A stretch of 64,000 nucleotides of DNA, taken from NCBI RefSeq assembly GCF_020745735.1, contig NW_026867526.1, positions 62,001 through 126,000 of the forward strand. The letters run 5' to 3'. The stretch comes from Hemiscyllium ocellatum. Its lineage: Eukaryota. Below are positions 37,191 through 51,460 of this stretch, one piece after another. Position 1 is the first letter of the stretch. Each line of letters begins with the position of its first letter. Both the position numbers and the translations under genes were made by a program. A model generated the notes under the pieces. That model did not search any database. It saw nothing but the letters and a program-made list of their open reading frames with translations, and was not told the DNA's origin.

Positions 37191-39362
37191 AGAACATAGA
37201 ACATAGAACAATACAGCACAGAACAGGCCCTTCGGCCCACGATGTTGTGCCGAACATCTGTCCTAGTTTAAGCACCCATGCATGTACCTATCCAATTGCC
37301 GCTTAAAGGTCGCCAATGATTCTGACTCTACCACTCCTACGGGCAGCGCATTCCATGCCCCCACCACTCTCTGGGTAAAGAACCCACCCCTGACAACTCC
37401 CCTATACCTTCCACCCTTCACCTTAAATTTATGTCCCCTTGTAACACTCTGTTGTACCCGGGGGAAAAGTTTCTGACTGTCTACTCTATCTATTCCTCTG
37501 ATCATCTTATAAACCTCTATCAAGTCACCCCTCATCCTTCGCCGTTCCAATAAGAAAAGGCCGAGAACTCTCAACCTATCCTCGTACGACCTATTCTCCA
37601 TTCCAGGCAACATCCTGGTAAATCTTCTCTGCACCCTCTCCAAAGCTTCCACATCTTTCCTAAAGTGAGGCGACCAGAACTGCACACAGTACTCCAAATG
37701 TGGCCTAACCAAAGTCCTGTACAGCTGCAACATCACTTCACGACTCTTGAATTCAATCCCTCTGCTAATGAACGCTAATACACCATATGCCTTCTTACAA
37801 GCTCTATCCACCTGAGTGGCAACTTTCAAAGATCTATGTACATAGACCCCAAGATCCCTCTGTTCCTTCACCTGACTAAGAACCCTACCGTTAACCCTGT
37901 ATTCCGCATTCTTATTTGTTCTTCCAAAATGGACAACCTCACACTTGGCAGGGTTGAACTCCACCTGCCACTCCTCAGCCCAGCTCTGCATCATATCTAA
38001 GTCCCTTTGCAGCCGACAACAGCCCTCCTCACTGTCCACAACTCCACCATCCTCACTGTCCACAACTCCACCAATCTTCATATCATCTGCAAATTTACTG
38101 ATTCCCTCATCCAAGTCATTAATAAAAATTACAAACAGCAGAGGACCCAGAACTGATCCCTGAAAAACTCCACTTGTAACTGGGCTCCAGGCTGAATATT
38201 TACCATCTACCACCACTCTCTGACTTCGACCGGGTTAGCCAGTTTTCTATCCAATTGGCCAAATTTCCCTCTATCCCATGCCTCCTGACTTTCCGCATAA
38301 GCCTACCATGGGGAAACTTATCAAATGCCTTACTAAAATCCATGTACACTACATTCACTGCTCTACCCTCATCCACATGCTTGGTCACCTCCTCAAAGAA
38401 TTCAATAAGACTTGTAAGGCAAGACCTACCCTTCACAAATCCATGCTGGCTGTCCCTAATCAAGCAGTGTCTTTCCAGATACTCATAAATCCTATCCCTC
38501 AGTACCCTTTCCATTACTTTGCCTACCACAGAAGTAAGACTAACTGGCCTGTAATTCCCGGGGTTATCCCTATTCCCTTTTTTGAACCGGGGCACAACAT
38601 TCGCTACTCTCCAGTCCCCTGGTACCACCCCTGTTGACAGTGAAGACGAAAAGATCATTGCCAACGGTACTGCAATTTCCTCTCTTGCTTGCTACATAAT
38701 CCTAGGATATATCTTGTCAGGCCCAGGGGACTTGTCTATCCTCAAGTTGTTCAAAATGTCCAACACATCTTCCTTCCTAACAAGTATCTCTTCTAGCTTA
38801 CCAATCCATTTCACACTCTCCTCTTCAACAATACGGTCCCTCTCATTCGTAAATACTGAAGAAAAGTACTCATTCAAGACCTCTCCTATCTCTTCCGACT
38901 CAATACACAATCTCCCACTACTGTCCTTGATCGGACCTACCCTCGTTCTCGTCATTCTTATGTTTCTCACATACGTATAAAATGCCTTGGGGTTATCCTT
39001 GATCCTATCCGCCAAGGATTTTTCATGCCCTCTCTTAGCTCTCCTAATCCCTTTCTTCAGGTCCCTTCTGGCTATCCTGTATCCCTCCACTGCTCTGTCT
39101 GAACCCTGTTTCCTCAACCTTATGTAAGCCTCCTTCTTCCTCTTTACTAGACGTTCAACCTCCCTTGTCAATCAAGGCTCCCTCACACGACCATTTCTTT
39201 CCTGCCTGATAGGTACATACATATCAAGGACACGTCGTATCTGCTCCTTGAAAAAGTTCCACATTTCCACCACATCCTTCCCTGACAGCCTATGCTCCCA
39301 ACTTATGCTCCTCAAATCCTGTCTTACAGCATCGTAATTTCCCTTCCCCCAATTGTATTCCC
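37191..39362 (-). mobile_element. 5'-truncated CR1 LINE (about 2.2 kb, ORF2 frameshifted)
   Basis: Consecutive ORFs 39172-39375, 38692-39171, 38200-38664 and 37263-38216 (NYRPVSLTS, QHGFVKGRSCLT, YMDFSKAFDK, SKFADD); (agaacat)n tail at 37191. Confidence 0.95.
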
Positions 39363-39384
39363 CCACAGGATCCATATCCCTCTA

Positions 39385-40125
39385 CAGTGGAACCTCGATT
39401 ATCCAAAGTCCTTGGGCAAGCAGGTTTTCATTCAGGTAATTGATCATTTGGTAAATTGATTTGACGTTAAACAATTGAAGCTGCATTGCCCATAATTGCA
39501 TTAAAAAGCATGCTAACAGTGTGTTTATTTCATTTGATCGCTAAAATCTTCACAAACACTGCATATTGCTTAAAAATTCATGACATTTTACAACTCAGAT
39601 CACTTTTTATGTACTTGTACAATTAAAAAAAATCATTGAGGTGGAGGCTATTTATTATTTCCAAAGAAATTATCCAGCGGCTGTTGTTTGAGGAAGTGCT
39701 GTCTCTTTTTTGTTTCCAAACAATAACATGTGACGAAGATGCATCAATTTAACAGCATCAACTTCATCTTGTGTTTCATACCACTCCATGAAAAGTCGCA
39801 AACTGTCAATAGCTTCATTAACTGGAGGTGGTGCCGGTATCAGAATTTCCTTACTATTCACACCATTCATACAGTCCTGCTGTTCCTCTGTGACTACGTT
39901 GACTATTTGATCATCGGAGAATGTCTCTGTTTCAATTTCGTTGTCAGAGTTCACCAAAGCATCAATCTCTGTCTCCTAAACCCAGGTGTCTGCAGTTTTC
40001 AGTGATTTCAGTGGTTATGCTTTGTTCTGAACGGGTGTCCACTTCACTGGCACAGCTCCCAATACACAAGCTATTGTACCAACAGTCTGCAATTGTTGAT
40101 GGCTTGATGCGGTCCCATCAATACT
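39385..40125 (-). mobile_element. Tigger/pogo-like DNA transposon end with a transposase C-terminal remnant
   Basis: TA followed by the TIR-like CAGTGGAACCTCGATTATCC at 39383. Minus-strand WDRIKPSTIADCW (about 40080-40117) and an acidic C-terminus (ORF 39670-39957). The second TIR was not found. Confidence 0.7.
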
Positions 40126-40732
40126 CTCCTGATGTTCTCTCTCTGTCTCCTCTCTTCTGAACCTTGCTCTTTTGTCTTTTAGTTAGAGGAGGAAGGGAGT
40201 TGACCATTCCTTAACACCAGGTTGGTCCACGATGCTCTGCAAAGTCCACTCCCAAAATAGTTTTTTTAATTTCAAAAATAAATTTATTCATAAGAAATCT
40301 CATAATGTCTTTATAAATACATTGGCACAAGTGCGGTTCAGTTCTATACAGTTGCATATCAAATAAGCAAACACAACATTGGACTTTGACCTGTCCAAAT
40401 ACCCAAAGACTTCTCTTATATATGCAATACTAATAGTTACATAAATGAGGCAGTTTCTCAAATATATCTACCTATTAGTATTTGCACACAAGAGTGGATT
40501 TTGCTTCCGTTTTTTGGCAGAATCCAAGTCTAATGTTTTGTTTGTTTATTTGATGTGACACCGTACAGTCCACTTCCAGAATGCAAATGAGAAATGTCTC
40601 AGCTCCTCCAGTTAGATGCACTTCCTCCTGCTGGTCACCTGGGGTGGTCTTCCACGATGCTGTCCACATCCATGCTGATTGTGAAGTCCACTCTCAGAAT
40701 GCAAATAAGTGATGTCTCCACACACTTAGATT

Positions 40733-43300
40733 GAACATAGAACATTATGGTGCAGTACTGGCCCTTCGGCCCTTGATGTTGCACTGACCTGTGGAACTAA
40801 TCTGAAGTCCATCTATCCTGCACTATTCCACTTTCATCCAGATGGTTATCCAATGCCCATTCTAATGCCCTAAAGGTTGGCAAGTCTACTCCTATTGCAA
40901 GCAGTGTGTTTTACACCCCTACTCCTCTCTGAGTAAAGAAACTATCTCAGACATCTGTCCTATATCTATCACCCCCAATTTAAAGCTATTTCCCCTTGTG
41001 CCAGCCATCACTATCTGAGAAGAAAAACTCTCACTGTACACTCTATCTAACCCTCTGATTATCTTGTATGTCTCAATTAAGTCACCTCTCAACCTTCTCT
41101 CTAATGAAAACAGCTCAAGTACTTCAGCCTTTCCTCTTAAGACCTTCCCTCCATAACAAGCAACATCCTAGCAAAGTTTCTCTGCATCCTTTCCAAAATT
41201 CCCACATCCTTCCTATAATGCGGTGACCAGAACTGTAAGTAATACTCGAAGTGCAGCCGCACTAGAGTTTTGTACCGCTGCAGCACAACCTCATGACTCT
41301 GAAACTCCATCCCTCTACCAATTAAAGCTAACACACTGAGTGCCAACTTAACAACCCTATCAACCTGGGTGCCAACTTTCAGGGATCCATGTACATGGAC
41401 ACCGAGATCTATCTGCTCAGCTACACTACCAAGAATCTTACCATTAGCCCAGTACTCTGTTTTCCTGTTGTTCCTTCCAAAGTGAATCACCTCACGTTTT
41501 TGCATTAAGCTCAATATGCCACCTCAGCCCAGCTCTGCAGCTTACGTATGTCCCTCTGTAACCTGCAACATCCTTTGGCACTGTCCACAACTCCATTGAC
41601 CTTAGTGTCATCCATAAATTTACTAACCTATCCTTCTACACCTTCATCTAGGTCATTTATAAAAGCGACAAACAGCAGTGGCGGCAAAACAGATCCTTGC
41701 ATTATAACACTGGTAATTGAACTCCAGGATGAACCTTTCCCATCAAACAACACCTTTCAGCTAGTCAATTTTCAGTCTTTCAGCTAGCCAATTTCTGATA
41801 CAAACCATTAAATTTCCCTCGATTCCGTGCCTCGCTATTTTCTGCAATAGCATACCATGAGGATCCGTATCAAACGCCTTACTGAAAACCACATCAACCA
41901 CCTTACCCTGATCCATCTGTTTGGTCACCATCTTAAAGCACTCAAGAAGATTTGTGAGCACAATCTCCCCTTCACAAACCGTGTTGACTACCCCTAATCA
42001 ACTTATATCTCTAGGTAATTATAAATCCTTTCTCTTCTGACTTTTTCCGACACTTTACCCACAACTGAAGTAAGGCTGACTGATCTATAATTACCGGGGT
42101 TGACTCTATTCCCCTTCTTGAACAAGAGGGAGTTGTCCTCCAGTCTTCTGGCACTATTCCTGTAGACAATGACAACACAAAGATCAAAGCCAAAGGCTCT
42201 GCAATCTCCTCTCTGCCTTCCCAGAGAATCCTGGAATAAATCCCATCTGACCGAGGTGACTTATCTATTTTCACACTTTCCAAAATTGCTCACACCTCCT
42301 CTTTGTGAACTGAATTCCATCTCGTAGCCTGTTTCTCAGTATTCTCCTTGACAATATTGTCTTTTTCCAGTGTGAATACTGATGAGAAATATTCATTTAG
42401 CAATTCCCCTACCTCTTCAAACTCCACCCACAACTTCCAACTCCGGTTCTTGATTGGCCTTAATCTTTCTCCAGTCATTCTTTTATTCCTGATATACCCA
42501 GAGAACGCTTTAGAGGACACTGGTGGTTCTTAGCCTTCTCTTTAGGTCTTTTCTGGCTGACTTGTAAATCTAAAGTGCCCTAAAGTGTCTCATCCTAATA
42601 GAAGCCTTTTTCTTCTTCTTGACAAGAGATTCAACCTTTTTAGAAAACTATAGCTCTATCGCTCGACAATTTCCTCCCTGCCTGACAGGCACATGCTTAT
42701 CAAGGACACGCAGTAGCTGTTCCTTGAAATAGCTTCACATTTCAACTGTGCCCAACCCCTGCAGTTTCCTTCCCTATCCGATGCATCCTAAATCTTGCCT
42801 AGTCGCATCATAATTGCCTGTCCTCCAGCAATAACTCTTACACTGCCGCATATACCTATCCCTTTCCATCACTAAAGTAAACATAACTCGAATTGTGGTC
42901 ACTGTCACCAAAGTGCTCACCTACCTCCAAATCTAATACCTGGCTGGGTTCCTTACCCAGTACCAAATCCAATGTGGTCTCGCCCCTTGTTGGCTTGCCT
43001 ACATACTGTGTCAGGAAACAATCCTGTATACATTGGACAAAAACTGACCCATCTAAAGTACTCGAGCTATTGTATTTCCAGTCAATATTTGGAAAGTTAA
43101 AATCCCCCGTAACAACTATCTTGTTACTCTTGCTGCTATCCAGAATTATCGTTGGTATCCTTTCCTCTACATCACTGGAACTATTCGGAGGCCGAGAGAA
43201 AACTCCCAACAGAGTGTCTTCTCCTTTACTGTTGCTTACCTCAGCTCGTGCTCCCTCAGTAGTTGAGTCCTCAAATGTCCTTTCTGCCACCATCCTTGAC
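40733..43300 (-). mobile_element. Older CR1 LINE copy (endonuclease to 3' end, degenerate)
   Basis: ORF 42856-43293 VVTGDFNFPNIDW...TLDLVL...FGDSDHNS (APE domain) and ORF 41137-41514 RT C-terminus; tail at 40733. Confidence 0.9.
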
Positions 43301-43329
43301 TAAGTGCATATCTCTCCCTCTTTTAGCAT

Positions 43330-43850
43330 CTTCACAGTTGCATGTGAGTAGTTTTGGACCCAATATTTAAGGAAAGCTATTATTTCATTGGAGGCAGTTC
43401 CAGAACATTGATGTGGGTGATCCCTGATCAAGAGGAAAAGGCTAAACAGGCTGAGAATTTAGAAGAATGCGATATGATCTCATTGCAACATATAGGGTTC
43501 TTAAGGGACTTGACAGGGTAAATGCTGAGAGGATATTATCCCTCACGGGAGAGTCGAGGACCAGAGGGGATGGTCTCATAATGAAGGGTTGACAATTTAA
43601 GACTGAGATGCAGAGGAATTCGTTCCTAGTTTTGAGAGTCTTTGGAACTCCTCATTACATAGAGCTGTGGGAGTAACGTCCCTGTCTATATTTAAAGCTG
43701 AGATCAATTCTTGAGCAGCAGGAGAATTGAGGTAATAAGAAAATACAGAAAAGTAAATAGTGTGGAATGTCGTGTCAGCAATGATCCTAATGAACGATGG
43801 AGCAGACTTAATGAGCCAAATGGTCTGTTCCTATTCCTATTTCTTATGGT
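43330..43850 (+). mobile_element. CR1 LINE 3' fragment (different subfamily)
   Basis: ttttggacccaatatttaaggaa...gagatgcagaggaatt...ttcctatttcttatg. Confidence 0.7.
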
Positions 43851-46800
43851 TTAGGACCTTGAGCTATAATTAACCTATATCATGTTCTCCTTTCCCACAA
43901 CATCACTCACATTTTCCATTGCTGTGACCTCAGGCACATTAGTCGAAAGTGGATGCAAGTAGAACATCTACAGAAGTCTGTGCCTGGCATTAGGAACCTA
44001 TTGGAAGTAGATTGTTCCTATTGGACACTGGCCTATGTTATATCTCAGCAGGGGCCAAGTAGCTGGTGTCATGGAAGTTAAATTGACTCGACTCAAATGC
44101 TAGCAAGAGCATAGACAAAGCTTTATTGTAACCTCTACAGGGGGCTAATAGATTTGGCAAAAATGTCTTATATAAGGGCCCTGAACAAGTTTCGCATATT
44201 CTCTTTATACTATTTTTTGCTTATTCTTATCACAAGCTCAAGCACAAGGGTTGAGAACATTCAAGCTTCTTCCCGCCCACCCCCCATTCTTCACTCCCTC
44301 CAAAATCATTGCCATGGGTCTCCAGAGTCTGGTGACATTTGATGAAATATGCCTACATATTTGAAGAAATATGGTTACGGATTAGGACCGGCTCCTGGTC
44401 TCCTTGCCTTGGTCTATCTCCCATACAATGTCGCTATTGAATGCTTTGCACTTTTTATAATTTAAGTTGGCCAGAGGTCATGTGTATCCACGGAGTCAGG
44501 CACATTCCCTAGTAATAGGTATTTGTTTGAATCAAGCTTATAAAGTGTTTTCATGGCAAATTCAATACAGGCAGCATCACATCCACACCGTTTCACTGAT
44601 GTCATCAATTAACAGAAGTCTAAATACTGAAGTGATTACACTGCTCTGGGTCAGAGACCTGTAATTATTCCTGGGTTTATTATGGTCAGATCTTTCAGTA
44701 AACTGCAAATGGATGAAGGAGCAGGAAAGGAAAAGGAATAAAATTCTCTTTTCAACAAAACAGCCAATACTGACTAATATGACATGAACCTTCAGTAAAT
44801 TTGAATAATGAGAAATTACTATGTTCGGATTCTGAATCAAACATTGAGTTACAAATTGTGCTTGTAAGGGTTAAATTAGCAATCGTGTATAAAGACCTTG
44901 AGTTTCTTGTTCCGAGATAAGGAAGTTAAACTTGAATCCTTGCATTTGCGATGTTTTCCCTCTGTCCCAGTGCAGACAAGTCTTTATTTGACCTATTTAC
45001 TCCCCACCCACCAGCTCCTGCCCTCACAGCCAAACCTCTCGATGTTGATAAGAAGTGCCAAATATTAACTTTGTGATCATGCACATATTTAAAATGATTT
45101 AACTGGTACTTTATGACCAGTTGCGGCTGTGAAAATGTTGACACCTCACACTGTGAATTAAGTGGAAATCTAAGTTTGTCAGAAACTAAAGGGAACACAT
45201 TGGCAAGTAAGTTTGGTCTAATATCAGATTAAATCTGCTATATTAGGGATCCAATAATGAGAAAGGGAAGTGCTGGCAGTTGTTGTAAGATTATGTCAGG
45301 ATTGCCTCACCAAGGCATCCCACGGCAGCGTGGTGAACACAAACACAGATGAGAACAATTACAGAAAACAACTGCTTGACTGGTTCAGAAATGCTTGGCT
45401 TATTTTGAGAGACCAATCTTAAATCAGCATAAACATCCAAAGTTTTTCAATGGTCCGTTGAATTTTGCCTGTCTTTCAGTATAAAGGTCTTGCATAGCCC
45501 AGAAATGGCTTTAAACAAGGATGACGTACTGTGACATACTGAAGAAATGGTTTTCTCTTTCTTTCGCTCTGTGCTGTCTCTTCCATACCCCAACCCCTGC
45601 ATTCCCTCATTGTGGTGTACTGTAGACATCCTGTGGAAGTCAAAAGAATCCCATACCAACACGACCAAGATGGTTCATGATGCATCTTGAAAACAAATAA
45701 AATCCCAGCAGCATTTTTTAGATCATAGGACAGCATTGTCAACACACTCCAGGGGGATGGGTGGTGAAGACAGCAATAACTAGTTACATTAGCAAGATTA
45801 CAAGACTGGGATACAAGGTATACTGCTTTGTCATTACCCCCTCATTAACTACACCATTGCAAGGCTAAAATCGGGAGCATTGGAATCCTCACTGCTCACC
45901 TGGTAATTTGTTTAATTGCAACAATAGTCAAGAAACTCAATATGATCAAAGAGAGAGCAGTTTGATTGACTGGCAAAAGAACTAACGTACCTAATTTCCA
46001 CTCCCTTCACCATCACTGAGCTACAATGTTGGGCTACCTAGCACTTACACTGTACGGAATGAACTGCAGCAACTCATTAGACTTACACTGAAAGGACCTT
46101 TCCTGTCTATAATCTCTATTTCTGAACAGAACAATAATCAGCTAAAGGTCTATTCCACCTGATTCTGACTTTGCATGGATATCTCTGTTCTTTTATTATC
46201 ACTATGGCAAAATAATGCGATTTATTAAAATTGCAGTCATTGACTAACTTAGGAAAACTAGTCGACCAGGCTTGGAATATTGAATCTCAAGTCTGTGATT
46301 TCTTTTTTTGTTAAATTGCTTTGGACTTAATTCTGAATAAGTTTACTGATGTTAAATGAGTTAATTTGTGCTCTTTGATGAATTGCAGTTCTGGAAACAT
46401 TGTCAGTGCAAACAGTGAGGAAAATGGGAATGCAGATTCTCCTGGATCAAGTGAAGTAATTGCAAAGTAAGCTTAGTTGCATGCATGACTAAGTTAGTCA
46501 TTATATCAGAATATGACAAACCATTAGGAAATAACTGGTGAGCTGGTAGTTTATGCAATGTTATACAACGATCAATGGTAACAACTCGGAGGCAATGATT
46601 TGATCAGCTCTCAAAGAGGAACTTGCCTACGTTCACTCCCAAGTCCTTTTACCATGTGATACTGCAAAACCTCTCCTTATGAAAATTGTAGATTCCTTTT
46701 GAAGACCTCAGTTGAAGCTGCCTCCACCACTAAACTATCAGGCAGAACATTCCAGTTTCCGAGCAATGCTGTTTTTAAGAACAGTTTTCCTTGTAACCGT

Positions 46801-47917
46801 TGTTTTCTTTTTTTTTGCTGATCAAGTTAAATCCACTGATCCTTTTCTTCTCAAGCCTTTTTAAAATATAATGCGCACAGTATGGAAACAGGCCACTTGG
46901 CCCAACAAATCCACACCAACCCTCCAATCCAAATGCATTCTCCTACTCTTTTACGCTGCTCTATCCAAATCCCTCATGATTTTGAATACTCTTAAAATGA
47001 ATTCTTCATCTTCTGTTCTCAAACTATTCACATAGTTCTCCAGTTGCTCATCTCTGGTACCATTTTTGTGTACCTTTTGTGCACCTTCTCAAATCCCTTC
47101 CTGAAGCGTGCTGCATAAATACTAGACATGAGGGAAAAGCATGTTTATAACTATTTATCATAATTTCCTTCTTTTGCATGCCACTGTCTTATTTATAATG
47201 TTCAGAATCCTAATGATATCTTCAATCTGCAATCTGAGGAAGTTGACAATTTAAGTTCACGAGAAAAGAAAGTGACAGTCGAAAAGTAAGTTTGATCCAA
47301 TGTATGAACATGTTATGCTTCAAAATGTGTTCAGTCTCTTTCTGAACCTGTGCCACCCTTCAAAGGTTAAGTCCATAGGATGTTGCTTGATTGGAACAGC
47401 ATTTCCTCAATCAATATTATGTGCAGTGAGATTAGTAATTCCCAGGTTATTCCCACATATCTCCCTATGTTAATTGTTATTAGGTCAATTAATAGGGATA
47501 ACTATATGCTGTTCTATGAGCCTCATAGAAATCCCATTTAATGCTGGCCTGGACAAGACTGGTAAACTTAAACTTGTGCTTATAGAGAAAGGACTGAGAT
47601 CTTAACTGGCTCATTATCATCTAATGTATTGAGTTTAAACTTATGTCTATATCTAAATTCTTCAAGGCCTTGATCCATGCTGTCTCTTGTACCCCTTATA
47701 TACACACTCTGTTCTTTGGTTCTCCGATTGCTTTTGTCTATGAGTATGGTCAAGCCCCCTTAATTAGCTGTACTTTACTGTTAAACTTCCTTACATGCCC
47801 TCTGGTACTCATTCTCACTTTGAAAGCTTGCTTAAAAGCCGGTTTCATGTCATTGGTCCTAACTCTTCTGATACATGCCAACAACCTTCTCCTGTTTGGC
47901 GTTCGGTGCATCCTTTT

Positions 47918-48690
47918 CCAGTTTGGAAGGTCAAACCCGAATGCTGAATATAGGGTTAAAGGCAGGATTCTTGGCAGTGTGGAGGAACAGAGGGATCTGG
48001 GTGTGCAAGTACATAGATCCCTCAAAGTTGCCACCCAAGTAGATAGGGTTGTTAAGAAAGCAGATGGTGTTTAGACTTTCATTTACAAGGGAATCGAGTT
48101 TGAGAGCAGCGAGGTTTTGCTACAGCTCTACAAGTCCCCGGTGAGACCACACCTGAAATTTTGTGTCCAGTTCTGGTCAACCTGCTATAAGAAATAGATG
48201 GAGGCTTTGGAGAGGGTGCAAAGAAGGTTTACCAGGATGCTGCCTGAACTGGAGGGCTTGCCTTATGAAGAAAGGTTGAATAAGCTCAGACTTTTCTCTC
48301 TGGAGAGAAGGAGGAAGAGAGGAGACCTGATCGAGGTATACAAAATAATGAGAGGAATAGATAAAATCAAAAGCTAGAGAATTTTCCCCAGGGCAGGATT
48401 GACTGTTACGAGGGGGTCATAGTTTTAAGATATTAGGAGAAAGGTATAGAGGAGACGTTAGAGGTGGGTTCTTTATGCAGAGTGTTGTGAATGCATGGAA
48501 GGCTTTCCCAGCAGTGGTGGTGGAAGCAGAGTCATTAGGGACATTTAAGTGACTGCTGGACATGCAAATGTTTAGCAGTGAGTTGAGAGGTGTGTGGGTT
48601 GTTATTATATTTTACATTAGGATTAGACCTCGGCACACTGTCGTGGGCCAAAGGGCCTGTTCTGTGCTGTGTTTTTCTATGTTCTATGTT
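47918..48690 (+). mobile_element. CR1 LINE 3' fragment
   Basis: FGRSNPNAEYRVKGRILGSVEEQRDLGVQVHRSLKVATQVDRVVKKA; (ttctatg) tail at about 48676-48690. Confidence 0.9.
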
Positions 48691-51024
48691 AAAGCATCTC
48701 ATAAATGTGAGTATTAATATCCACATTGGTAGATTTAACTGATTCTCATCGGAATGTATCTGCCAAACCTTTAGCAAAACCGAATCAGCAAACAGCTTCA
48801 GACTGTGCACACGTCCAACACAAAACATTGCTGCTCCTCATTCACTTTTCAAATGCACTGCTCCATTCCAAATAGTGGACCACCCGTTCCCATTCATAGA
48901 CATTTGTTTCTGATGGATGGATGTGGTTGTTTCTGTACTTCTGCCATTTTTATTGAACTCATCTCAAGTTACACTTTAGAATTTGACGGTCAGGCCAAGA
49001 CTGTTTGTGTTAAGCTTTATCAATTTTGACCAGGTTGACAGCTCTTCATGTTCTTGAATATTGGAATGGGACTGGGTTCTATCAGCCCTCTAGGGACAGG
49101 CTGCAAGGTCATTAGGTGGATAATAGGGTGGAAGATGATAAGGGAAGGAAGGAGTTTCCACCTCCGTAGTATTTTATTGATCCCAAATTCGGGAAAGGAT
49201 GACCACTCAGGTGGCCAATGCAGAGTCTGTTCCTGACAATGCTGGCAGTTTCTTAGCAGTAAGGTCCTCCATTGTGTGGGAGACCTCCTCCTGCATCCTA
49301 GTGACACACCTGGAGGATGTCCCTCCTAATGTAGTACCTTATGGCTCACAACAGGGTATCCCATCTGCACACTGGAACAGTCCCCTGTCCGTGGTGGCGA
49401 TCACTACGGGAACTGGAAATCAGAGTTAGTGAGTGAAAGAAGCCGTGAGGGCTAGAGTGTTCACAACATTCCCAGGACCAGGTTGGCAGCTCCTACTGAG
49501 GCCATTAATAAGTCATTGAGATCCCCCAATTGGTGCATGGACGATGGGTTACTCCTACTCCTAGTAAGAGTACTGTGATTACTGCTTTTTCAGTGCTATC
49601 AAGTAAATAGTGAAGTGGGGCCATGTGATAAAATCATTTACATTCAGTGCTGGATACTTGAGACTCTTTTGTGAGAAACTTTATAATTCTTCTAAATGTT
49701 CTTCATGCACTTTTTGTTTCATACAATGGTGATGTTCTACATAGGATTACAGAGGAAAAACAGACCATTTTGCGCAATCAGTTTATGCCAGTGTGTATGT
49801 TCTACTCAAGGTGTTTCACATCTTTCCTCATCTAAATCGCTCGTTGTAATTCTCTATTCCCATCCCTTCCAAGTGCTCCCCTAGTTTCCTTGAAATACAT
49901 CTAAACTATTGATTTCAACTATTCCGTCTGGCCACATATTCCCATTCTCATCATTTCTTCTGAATTCCCTTTTGGACTTCTTGAGGTACCGTCTTATCTT
50001 GACAGCCTCGAGTTATATTCTATCCCATAGTGAAATGTTTTCTCTGTACCTTCTCTTTTCAAAACCTTTCTTAATTTTAGAACTGTCATCCTTCTTTTCA
50101 AGAGAGAAGTGAACAGCACAACAATTCTTCCTTGATATGCACAGCCAGAAACTTGTGTAGCATTCTCATAAATCATCTCTTCACTCTCTCTCATACATTC
50201 TATAATATGTCAACTCGAACTGCAGGCAATACTCTGAATTATAGTCAACCAAATTTTTATAGTGACCCTACTTTCAAATCTATCCCTTTAGAGATAAAAC
50301 TTAGAGCTTTGTTTGCATTTTTATGGCCTTTGGAACCTGTGGTGAAATTGTTAGTGATTGATGTAATTGTCTGAAATCCCTTTGTTTGTCTCCCTCACTT
50401 AGACGTGCATCTTTGAATAAGTGACCTGCACATTATTCCTACCAAGATGTAACACCTTACGTTTATCTGTGTGGATCTTCATTTGCTAATTATTTGAACA
50501 TACCATCAATTAATTAATGATCTCTTGCAACTTCTTGTAGTCCTCAGAATTGGCTACATTTCAACATTCCTTTCCAATCTGGTGTCATTGAATTGCTAAT
50601 TTTTTTGTCGTAATTAGACGCAACATTTAATTTGCAGTTTTACTTTATTTTGTTTTGAATATTTAGAGAGGTGCAGTAATCCACACGTTAACTATAACAA
50701 CTAAATATAGAATGACAGATAGATGAAAATTATTACAAACACAGGACTAATTAATAGACTCTATTAACTTCACGGTCAAAACAGGGAATTATTTTTTACA
50801 CGAATGATATGGTGAGATGATCCGTAGTGCAATAACTTTTTGACCTTTTTTTGTTGCAGTTTATTTCCCCAGGTCTTTCTGTGCTACTGATTTAAAATTG
50901 TAAAGGCACCCATCCTCCATTTTAAACTAAATGATAATTAAAAAAAAACAACATTTATATTAAATGCAACATGATTTATGAAGCCAATCCTCGAGGCTTA
51001 CACATATTCACAGCCATGTATAGT

Positions 51025-51460
51025 TATATAGGGAGAGGCTGAATAGGTTGGGGTTGATTTCTCTGGAGGGTTGGAGGCTGAGGGGTGACTTTATAAAGGT
51101 TTACAAAATCATCAGAGGCATGGATATGGTGAATAGACAAGGTCTTTTCCCTGAGGTGGGTGGAGTCTCATCTAAACTGTGAGTATAGGTTTAGAGTGAG
51201 AGGGGAAAAAGTTGAAAGTACCTACGGAGTAACTTTTTCATGCTGAGGATGGTGTATATGGAATGAACTGCCAGAGGAAGCGGTGGAGGCTGGTGCAATT
51301 TCAACATTTAAAAGGCATCTGAGTGTGTATAAGAATAGGAAGGGTTTAGAGGGATATGGACCAAGTGCTGCCAAATGGGACTAGATTAGTTTAGGATAAC
51401 ATGGGCAAGTGTGATTGAAAGATCTGTTTCCAAGTTGTACATCTCTATGACTCTATGATC
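51025..51460 (+). mobile_element. CR1 LINE 3' fragment
   Basis: gagaggctgaataggttggg...ggaatgaactgccagaggaagcggtggaggc...ctctatgactctatga tail. Confidence 0.75.

Noticed and set aside
49000-49600. Possible CR1 ORF1 (SGNH-like) remnant
   Set aside because: The similarity is too weak to support by eye and needs a profile search.
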